The notes beneath the pieces were generated by a model. That model did no database searches. It was given only the letters and a program-made list of their open reading frames with translations, and had not been told where the DNA came from. Below, one piece after another: positions 47,187 to 54,065 of a stretch of DNA of 64,000 nucleotides. The position numbers and the translations under genes are program-made. The stretch's first letter is position 1. Each line of letters starts with the position of its first letter. Origin of the DNA: Alphaproteobacteria bacterium (GTDB taxonomy: Bacteria; Pseudomonadota; Alphaproteobacteria; RF32; CAG-239); NCBI GenBank assembly GCA_045116295.1, contig JBGULQ010000008.1:13147-77146 (forward strand), written 5' to 3'.

Positions 47187-48005
47187 TTATACAGATAAGA
47201 CTTCTGATTTGGCTTTTATAAAGAAATAGACAGCTTGGTTAATCGGAGTTACGTGAGAGCCATTATATAATCCGCTCGAAACACTGACCGAACTGGTACG
47301 TCCTTTGGTCGGGGTAGTACTCGAGCCATTAAGACGATATGCAACTGCGTGAGTTCCTGATGCTCCACCTTCTTGGCATAAATAGTTATTGGCATCAATA
47401 TTAACGCTATCTGATCCACCGGCTTTGGCACCTGCCAATAAGTGGTAGTGGCTTGGAACAGCAGGAAGACTTTCTGCCTGAGTTGTCTGAATATCGGTCG
47501 CAGAATTGCCTCCAAGCCCTCTCAAAAATTTGCCGCGATAGTCCGGTACATTAAAGGTTGTGACACCATTTCCGGCACCAAATTTGGTGCCAATAAGGTT
47601 ATATAGCTCAGGATAACTTTCTCTTTCTACTTCTTGTCCGTCACACAAAAGCCAATTGCCATGGTTGGCTGATTGTGCAGAGGCCTTGATATCGCCAACC
47701 GGCTGTAAAGCATTAATTATTGACACGACATTGCTTCCAACTCGACTGCTCATGCTATCAACTTGACTTTTAGTAACTACGTCACCGCTCAGTAAAGCAT
47801 TGCCGACATTTTTAATACGGTGTCCGCCCATATTGATATCGCCCTGCATGGCAACACGTCCGTCACGCAAGAATGTTTCGTTAAAGCCGGAAGCAAAATT
47901 ATCATCCTCTTCATCGGCATGATCTGAAACAATGTCGATATCATTGAGACGATCTTGTTCCCAGTTATGAACTCTGGTAAATTTTCCTTGTGAATCAAAA
48001 GGCAT
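47187..48005 (-). CDS. phage tail-collar (MdpB-like) fibre protein, orphan
   Basis: 272 aa with MGGHRIKNVGNALLSGDVVTKSQVD (a fibre shaft motif) and NWLLCDGQEVERESYPELYNLIGTKFG..TFNVPDYRGKFLRG (the Phage_Tail_Collar motif). Confidence 0.8.
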   Translation of the reverse strand: MPFDSQGKFTRVHNWEQDRLNDIDIVSDHADEEDDNFASGFNETFLRDGRVAMQGDINMGGHRIKNVGNALLSGDVVTKSQVDSMSSRVGSNVVSIINALQPVGDIKASAQSANHGNWLLCDGQEVERESYPELYNLIGTKFGAGNGVTTFNVPDYRGKFLRGLGGNSATDIQTTQAESLPAVPSHYHLLAGAKAGGSDSVNIDANNYLCQEGGASGTHAVAYRLNGSSTTPTKGRTSSVSVSSGLYNGSHVTPINQAVYFFIKAKSEVLSV

Positions 48006-48008
48006 TTG

Positions 48009-48083
48009 TTTTCTCCAATAAAAAAACCGCCCATTTTACGAGCGGCAGGTTAATAAAAAAGCGGAAACTTATCGTTTCCGCCA
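48009..48083 (-). repeat. leader repeat copy A: two tandem intrinsic-terminator hairpins followed by RBS and ATG of the tail-collar gene
   Basis: A 57-nt core (ccgcccatt...tttccgcca) is identical to 51461-51517. The minus strand reads GCGGAAAC-GATAA-GTTTCCGC-TTTTTT, then CCGCTC-GTAAAAT-GGGCGG-TTTTTT, then TTGGAGAAAA..ATG. Confidence 0.85.
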
Positions 48084-48114
48084 GGGTTAGTAGCTTTGTC
48101 TTTTTTAAATAACT

Positions 48115-48429
48115 TTATTTGTGTTTCCAGTTATACATAGTATATAAAGGTCTTTGACAAGTACATGAAATTGGTGAATCTATTATATTCCATATACGAG
48201 GATGCCAATTAAACATGAGAGATATTTGCATACAAAAATAAATAAACAGCATACCAATAAATATATATTGTACATCCCTATTATGGTACCAAAACCATAG
48301 TCCGCAAAGAGATAATGTCATAGTATAGAGTACGTGATTACAAAAACTATAGCTCCATCCCCTGTATAAGTAAGCTATTAAGACAGTAATCAGACATCCG
48401 ATGTAAAAGGCTAATGTCAGCTTCTTCAT
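48115..48429 (-). CDS. small 3-TM hypothetical protein
   Basis: 104 aa and Trp/Tyr-rich. Its ATG overlaps the stop of an upstream 37-codon ORF (ATGA). Confidence 0.55.
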   Translation of the reverse strand: MKKLTLAFYIGCLITVLIAYLYRGWSYSFCNHVLYTMTLSLCGLWFWYHNRDVQYIFIGMLFIYFCMQISLMFNWHPRIWNIIDSPISCTCQRPLYTMYNWKHK

Positions 48430-48539
48430 TTTTCAAACCTACTACTCGAAAACAAATAAGCTTCTTGATCAAAAAAACTATAATTAGCAAACAAATAACC
48501 TAAAGACAAACCGATTATAAAATATATTACCTTTCTCAT
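48426..48539 (-). CDS. 37-aa single-TM peptide (not in the ORF track)
   Basis: My own translation is MRKVIYFIIGLSLGYLFANYSFFDQEAYLFSSSRFEK*. It is translationally coupled (ATGA) to the 104-aa ORF. Confidence 0.4.
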   Translation of the reverse strand: MRKVIYFIIGLSLGYLFANYSFFDQEAYLFSSSRFEK

Positions 48540-48620
48540 GCACGACCTCTATTAAAATAAATAATATTTTGAAGTTAATATTTTATTTATTTTGACCAAA
48601 TTTATCTTTGTAACGGACTT

Positions 48621-48809
48621 TTATTTGATCCATTCATTATTAACGGTATTAGGCACATCTGTTGTTTGTAATTCATTTACAGATTTTTCGGGATTTTGGT
48701 TGGGGGTGATGTAATAATATTCACTTTCCCCGGGTTGAGGATTTTGCCTTTGTATCGGGTGTTTTCCGTTAAAAACACCTTGTAAATATTCATAGGTTGT
48801 GTCAGGCAT
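48621..48809 (-). CDS. 62-aa protein consisting almost only of the shared MPDTTYEY N-terminal module
   Basis: Its first 51 aa differ at 3 positions from the first 51 aa of the gene at 51440. The DNA at 48657-48830 has 7 mismatches against 51288-51460 by my count. Confidence 0.55.
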   Translation of the reverse strand: MPDTTYEYLQGVFNGKHPIQRQNPQPGESEYYYITPNQNPEKSVNELQTTDVPNTVNNEWIK

Positions 48810-48855
48810 TGATTTTCTCCAACAAAAAAAATCAATTCGGGGGCTCTCTTATGGA

Positions 48856-49194
48856 TTACATGTTTGCATCAATTCGCGACGTGTTATAATAATCGAATAT
48901 GTGGGGCCAGTATATAAATGTCCCCAACAACGATAGTAAAAGAAAAATCTCGAATGATATTATATAATATTTTTTGAACACGGGAGATTTATATTTGTAA
49001 TGGATAAATTTTGTTATACATGCAAATAACAAAGAAAAATCAAAAATTACAAAGAAGATATTAAACGGGAATTTGCCAAGGTAGATTTCTATTTGGAGAT
49101 CAAGCAGAAATAAGCTGTTAAGAAACAAGAAACATCTCATATATCTCATTATTTCTCTAAAAACCACACCCTTATCTTTTTTGAAAAATTTCAT
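48856..49194 (-). CDS. small 3-TM protein, paralogue of 50315..50671
   Basis: 112 aa. MKFFKKDKGVVFREIMRYMRC... aligns over its full length with MKFFKKDKGIVFRNFIRDARC... Confidence 0.6.
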   Translation of the reverse strand: MKFFKKDKGVVFREIMRYMRCFLFLNSLFLLDLQIEIYLGKFPFNIFFVIFDFSLLFACITKFIHYKYKSPVFKKYYIISFEIFLLLSLLGTFIYWPHIFDYYNTSRIDANM

Positions 49195-49240
49195 TTGTGC
49201 TTCCTATCAGTCGTCTACATTTTTTAACAATAATAATAAA

Positions 49241-50278
49241 TTACTTCTGACCTTTGGTATTAAAATATGTTCCGCATTTGGAATATTTACCAGCATAATT
49301 TAAAATATAATTGAAAGGACAATCCGATGAAACAAAAAAGTCAGCATCTTCATCAATAACTTTGCAAGCGTCTTTCAAGCTAACTCGTTTCTCATCTTCT
49401 TTGGTTAATTTTACCTTATCCTTATCAATGTTTTTTTCTTCCGCAACTTCACTGATAATCATATGTTCTCTCAATGCTTCAATAAAATCTAACGGAGCCT
49501 TAAAACGTTCTTCTTGCGTCCCCCAATCAGCCCTTTTGTAAAAATCGTTAATATCCGTATATTTTTCATCAGAAGCTCTTGCCAATAGAGCCATTTGGTC
49601 ATTTTCCGCTATTCCTATTTCTTCTTTGAATTTTTCTCTCACTTTATTCGGATAATTAACCATTTCATATCCTTGGGCTTTGCAAAACTCCGGATACGCA
49701 TAAGTATGACGATATATCTCACCCACAGCAAGCCCTAAATGAAAAGCAGATCTATTCGTATCAGGCATATATTTATCTTTCACTTCAAACATACCAAAGA
49801 TTCCCAGAAAAACCAAAATTGTAAAAATGATAGGGAATCGTGTTAGAAAGCTTCTTTGAGGTTCATCAACATTTTGTTTTGCAGGTCGTAAAGCAAGAAT
49901 TAAATGGGTAATCGCAGTAATACCTGAAATCAGATATATACTCCATCTGATTTCAGGGAAAAAGGATATATCAACATCAAAAGTTAATGCCATTGTATAA
50001 AGTAAGAGAACATTAGCCAGAATATACCATGTTCCTGAACTACCAAAAGACCTGGAACGTTTTTGTATTAATGCAGTCAAACAATATATCACAAGGAAAA
50101 ATACGATAATGTATGATATAAGCTCAAAAACACAAAACTTAGTTATTATCCCAAGCAACAAAACAGCTGTTATGTAAGGTATACGATAAATAATTCCTTT
50201 GTAAGAAAAAAATAGTTTTAAAATATTCCCGGAAAATAAAATTTGATTTGCTTTTTCAAAAAACTGTTTAAATTGCAT
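49241..50278 (-). CDS. hypothetical protein: N-terminal 4-5 TM domain plus a roughly 170-aa soluble C-terminal domain
   Basis: I prefer the ATG at 50278, after AAGGAGAAAG. The product is 345 aa. I recognise no family. Confidence 0.55.
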   Translation of the reverse strand: MQFKQFFEKANQILFSGNILKLFFSYKGIIYRIPYITAVLLLGIITKFCVFELISYIIVFFLVIYCLTALIQKRSRSFGSSGTWYILANVLLLYTMALTFDVDISFFPEIRWSIYLISGITAITHLILALRPAKQNVDEPQRSFLTRFPIIFTILVFLGIFGMFEVKDKYMPDTNRSAFHLGLAVGEIYRHTYAYPEFCKAQGYEMVNYPNKVREKFKEEIGIAENDQMALLARASDEKYTDINDFYKRADWGTQEERFKAPLDFIEALREHMIISEVAEEKNIDKDKVKLTKEDEKRVSLKDACKVIDEDADFFVSSDCPFNYILNYAGKYSKCGTYFNTKGQK

Positions 50279-50314
50279 GATCTTTCTCCTTGTGGCAATC
50301 CTATAATACATTAT

Positions 50315-50671
50315 TTATTCATCAAAAAGAGGAACGTATCTATTATCTAGTTTGGAATATGTAAGGTATGATAATGTATGTTTGCAGTAAAGTACAAAAC
50401 CTATTATTGAAAGCAACATGAGTACCTGACTAAATAAGACATAGTATCTTTTTAGTTTTCTGATTTTGAATTTGCGATATATAAATTTGGTCAAACAAGA
50501 ACCGATTAACATAAAATCAAAAAAATAAAAGAATGTATCCCACACATTATTTTGATGATGTAATTCTATTTGATAAATAATTAGGAATATATTATTTATC
50601 CATAAGACACATCTAGCATCTCTTATAAAATTTCTAAAAACTATACCTTTATCTTTTTTAAAAAATTTCAT
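50315..50671 (-). CDS. small 3-TM protein, paralogue of 48856..49194
   Basis: 118 aa with the same N-terminal MKFFKKDKG motif and the same topology. Confidence 0.6.
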   Translation of the reverse strand: MKFFKKDKGIVFRNFIRDARCVLWINNIFLIIYQIELHHQNNVWDTFFYFFDFMLIGSCLTKFIYRKFKIRKLKRYYVLFSQVLMLLSIIGFVLYCKHTLSYLTYSKLDNRYVPLFDE

Positions 50672-50707
50672 TGGTGTCCCTGTGTAAATGAGTGATTTAA
50701 CAATTTA

Positions 50708-51440
50708 TTATTTCTTTCTGTAGTTGCTTATAGAATTATGTAGAAGATTCTTGCCTTCTCCCGCTAATTTATTGATTATTGAGCGTATTATAGGACGTTC
50801 AACATTGTTGCCAAAAGCTTTCATTCCTCCATATGTACCTAATCCGCCACTAATTCCGCCTAGCGATGCATCAACAATAACATCTTTGGCATTGTTATTC
50901 TCATTATTACCATATCCGTCTAATGCCGACATTGCAATATTATTTTTATATATTTGTGATGATTTTACCCACCATGGTGCGGTTTTGGAATATTTGAATA
51001 GGGGAACACGGTTAGCTATTGAACCAACTCCCTCCGCAATGCGCGTATGCTATCGGATGTTCTTTGCGGGTTTGTTTTAGGATATTGCGTCTATTGTCAC
51101 GTGCTTCTTTATATCCACGACTAAAAGCTTCCCCGATGCTTTCTTGTTTATTATTGCCCAACATATTGCCTACCGCATACCCTGCCCCTTTTATTCCGCC
51201 TTCAATCTCATCGGCAAAACCGGCAGAAAGACCGTTTAGGGCGGCACTTGTTAATCCTTCGGATGTTTGTAGAATATTATTAGATATATCTGTTGTTTGT
51301 AATTCATTTACAGATTTTTCGGGATTTTGGTTGCGGGTGATGTAATAATATTCACTTTCCCCAGGTTGAGGATTTTGTCTTTGTATCGGGTATTCTCCGT
51401 TAAAAACACCTTGTAAATATTCATAAGTTGTGTCTGGCAT
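50708..51440 (-). pseudogene. glycine-zipper-rich protein with the MPDTTYEY N-terminal module, split by a frameshift near 51012-51049
   Basis: The first frame, 51440..51012, gives 142 aa. The second frame is open from 51049 down to 50708: HTRIAEGVGSIANRVPLFKY...ASLGGISGGLGTYGGMKAFGNN... I traced the two frames by hand and they overlap by about 38 nt. Confidence 0.6.
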
Positions 51441-51443
51441 TGA

Positions 51444-51517
51444 TTTTCTCCAACAAAAAACCGCCCATTTTACGAGCGGCAGGTTAATAAAAAAGCGGAA
51501 ACTTATCGTTTCCGCCA
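51444..51517 (-). repeat. leader repeat copy B: the same tandem terminator hairpins, followed by RBS and ATG of the MPDTTYEY gene
   Basis: See copy A. Outside the identical 57-nt core there is one substitution and one A-run length difference. Confidence 0.85.
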
Positions 51518-51537
51518 TAGTATATGTTCTTTGTAAT

Positions 51538-51572
51538 GTTCCAGGGTTCAAATCCCGTCCGCTTCTATACCA
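51538..51572 (+). other. degenerate tRNA 3'-half-like fragment (T-arm, acceptor and CCA), inverted relative to tRNA-Lys
   Basis: gttCCAGGGTTCAAATCCCgtccgcttctataCCA compares with the tRNA-Lys 3' half tCCAGGGTTCGAATCCCtgcgcgcctaCCA. The T-stem no longer pairs fully. Confidence 0.5.
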
Positions 51573-51573
51573 A

Positions 51574-51606
51574 TAAAAAAACCGCCCCAAAGGACGGTTA
51601 TTTTTA
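51574..51606 (-). terminator. intrinsic terminator directly after tRNA-Lys
   Basis: The minus strand reads AACCGTCC-TTTG-GGGCGGTT followed by TTTTTT. Confidence 0.7.
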
Positions 51607-51607
51607 T

Positions 51608-51684
51608 TGGTAGGCGCGCAGGGATTCGAACCCTGGACCCACTGATTAAGAGTCAGTTGCTCTAGCCAACTGAGCTACGCACCC
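51608..51684 (-). tRNA. tRNA-Lys (anticodon CUU), CCA encoded
   Basis: The reverse complement is GGGTGCG-TA-GCTC-AGTTGGCTA-GAGC-A-ACTGA-CTCTTAA-TCAGT-GGGTC-CAGGG-TTCGAAT-CCCTG-CGCGCCT-A-CCA. I folded the cloverleaf by hand. The acceptor stem contains two G-U pairs. Confidence 0.9.
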
Positions 51685-51791
51685 ATAATCTACCTGTGCA
51701 GGAATATAGACTGCTAACTTTTTTTTTGCAACAACTTTTTTATATTTTTTGCAAAATCGCGCAAGATGTGCCGCGAATCGCACCGGCAATA

Positions 51792-54056
51792 TCATATTAC
51801 CAAGCTGTTTATATTGCCTTTAGCACAGTCCGCAACATCATTGAAAGCACTTATTTGCTCAAAAATTTGCAGTACTTGTTGTGCAGAATAGTTTTTATAA
51901 CAAAAATCGGCTCGCAAGAAATCTGCTCTGACCTTACCAGCCTCAGCAGCAAAACACAGCGGACGATCATCAAATACAAAAGTTTGACAATTTCGCGATA
52001 ACGCCAAATATGTTGTCTTTTCTTGATGAAGTTCAATCCAGCGGCTACCCTTGGGGCATTGAGAACAGGGATTATCACGAATGCACACCGCACTACTGAA
52101 CAACGGCACATCGCTATAAACCGGCAAAACGACCGGCAATGGCGACTCTTGTGCAACAGTACGCATATTATTTAATGTATCTTCAAAAGACAGGCAAACA
52201 CGATTGGCACCTATCTCTTTGGCCATAGAGATTGCCTGAGTATTCAGCGTATAAAGGCTGGCGTCAAAGCTCAAGTCTATCCCCTGCTCCGGCAATAAAT
52301 CAAGCCCCCACCAGTTGCCGATAGTCCATTTTTTATATCCGGCAGACAGAAAAGCAGATATGGAATTTTTCCACGCAGCCGCATCTCGAGCCAATGCCGG
52401 TAAAACTAATCTGACTTTATTTTTGGGGAAATTGTTGATATCCGCAACCTTAGTTTCGCGACTGAGCAAAAATTCTATCTCAGCAAATTTATCAAAGTCT
52501 AAGAGGGCTAAATTTTCGGCGTTGTCAGTACGGACTATCCATTTTGATTGTTGATGGGCGCATGCTTTGATAGCCGGAGGCAGGTTTCCGTGTTTGCCGT
52601 CGAAACTGATTTTTGCATATAACTTGCGGCGTAACTCATTGAACATTGAAGCCGGAACGAATAAGCCGTCAGGATTGATGAGGTGCAATTCTTTTAGGCT
52701 CAATTCGGTATCGCCGGTTTTATTAAAGGCTTTAGTGGCGGCATCATTGGTCTTGGTAATATCTTCGGCTTTAGTAAAATTGCCTTCTATTTCGGCAGAG
52801 AAATTCCCACAAAAAGCTGTAATGTTATCTGATGTTACTTTAACTTCAACTTCTATATCATGACGGCGAATGTATTCTCCGTCTTTGGGGTGAGTGTAGT
52901 TATAGCCGCCTTTGACTTCGCTTGATGATGCAAGGTAGATGTTTTGTCCTTTGGCAATGTCCGGACTTTTTGGGGGCAAGTTTATTGACACTTCGTCTTT
53001 GGCATTAGCCTCAAAAACTCTGCGCCCATTGACAGACATATTTTGGATAGAAAAGCCAAAAGGTTTTTCCTGTCCGGCAATATCGATTTGCAAACCATCA
53101 TGACGGGCAATTTTATGATTGGGCTTAAAAATAAGTTTTCCGTTTACAATCTGTAATACTTTGCCGATCGGAAGCCCGCGGTGGCCTACAAAGTCACGAT
53201 CAACCACGCTCTTATCTTTGCCATGAAGCATAAATTTGCACCAAGGACGTGAAAAAATTTGTTTGATGTTTTCTTCTTTTTGAGCAATGGCTCCCTTGCC
53301 GTCCAAAATATTGCGGTAATAATCAGTAACAGCAGCTACATATAATGCGTTCTTTTTACGTCCTTCAATTTTGAGCGATGTAACCGGCATTTTGCGGACT
53401 TCGTCCTGCAAAGCCATGTCTTTCATTGAAAAATAGTGTTTGTTACCGCTTTTGCCGCTGAAAACCGAACGACACGGATACAAACATTTGCCACGGTTGG
53501 CACTGCGACCGCTTTCCAGAGATGAAAACATACATAATCCGCTGTATGAATAACAGAGTGCACCATGAATAAATGCTTCTGTCTCCAAGTTCGGAATTGA
53601 GGCGATATCCTTGATTTCGGCAAGAGAGAGCTCGCGCGCTAAAACAACACGCTTAAAGCCCAATTTTTGCAAAGCCAATGCGCCTTGTTTGTTATGAACA
53701 GCCATTTGAGTGCTGGCATGCAATTCTAGTTCAGGATATTGGGATTTGATAATTCTCGCAACACCTAAATCCTGCAAAATAATGCCGTCAACGCCGCAAT
53801 TTGAACAAGTATCAAGGCTGTCAATCAGCGACGGCAATTCGTTTTCTTGCACAAGGGTGTTAATAGTTACATAGACACGACGTTTCAAATGGTGAGCATA
53901 GCCGACAAAGTTATTGAGTTCCGCAGCATCAAAATTGGTAGCCGTGGCACGAGCAGAAAAATGCTTAAGCCCAAGATATACGGCATCTGCACCGTAATAG
54001 AGAGCAGCATATCCGGCCTCAATATCACCGGCGGGAGCAAGAAGTTCTGGTTTCAT
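51792..54056 (-). CDS. U32-family peptidase-like protein (long form with C-terminal extension)
   Basis: 754 aa with MKPELLAPAG, ADAVYLG, EAFIHGALCYSYSGLCMFSS and GRSANRGKCLYPCR motifs. Confidence 0.85.
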   Translation of the reverse strand: MKPELLAPAGDIEAGYAALYYGADAVYLGLKHFSARATATNFDAAELNNFVGYAHHLKRRVYVTINTLVQENELPSLIDSLDTCSNCGVDGIILQDLGVARIIKSQYPELELHASTQMAVHNKQGALALQKLGFKRVVLARELSLAEIKDIASIPNLETEAFIHGALCYSYSGLCMFSSLESGRSANRGKCLYPCRSVFSGKSGNKHYFSMKDMALQDEVRKMPVTSLKIEGRKKNALYVAAVTDYYRNILDGKGAIAQKEENIKQIFSRPWCKFMLHGKDKSVVDRDFVGHRGLPIGKVLQIVNGKLIFKPNHKIARHDGLQIDIAGQEKPFGFSIQNMSVNGRRVFEANAKDEVSINLPPKSPDIAKGQNIYLASSSEVKGGYNYTHPKDGEYIRRHDIEVEVKVTSDNITAFCGNFSAEIEGNFTKAEDITKTNDAATKAFNKTGDTELSLKELHLINPDGLFVPASMFNELRRKLYAKISFDGKHGNLPPAIKACAHQQSKWIVRTDNAENLALLDFDKFAEIEFLLSRETKVADINNFPKNKVRLVLPALARDAAAWKNSISAFLSAGYKKWTIGNWWGLDLLPEQGIDLSFDASLYTLNTQAISMAKEIGANRVCLSFEDTLNNMRTVAQESPLPVVLPVYSDVPLFSSAVCIRDNPCSQCPKGSRWIELHQEKTTYLALSRNCQTFVFDDRPLCFAAEAGKVRADFLRADFCYKNYSAQQVLQIFEQISAFNDVADCAKGNINSLVI

Positions 54057-54065
54057 GAAAATATC

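Noticed and set aside
47187-48005. The possibility that the tail-collar gene is the target of a diversity-generating retroelement.
   Set aside because: No reverse transcriptase ORF is present, and I found no second (template) copy of the gene's 3' end by eye anywhere in the window.
51441-51590. An N-terminal extension of the track ORF 51012..51590 (MGRFFYWYRSGRDLNPGTLQ...).
   Set aside because: The extension would be translated through the tRNA-like fragment and two terminator hairpins. The paralogue at 48809 and a good RBS (GGAGAAAA) define the ATG at 51440 as the start.
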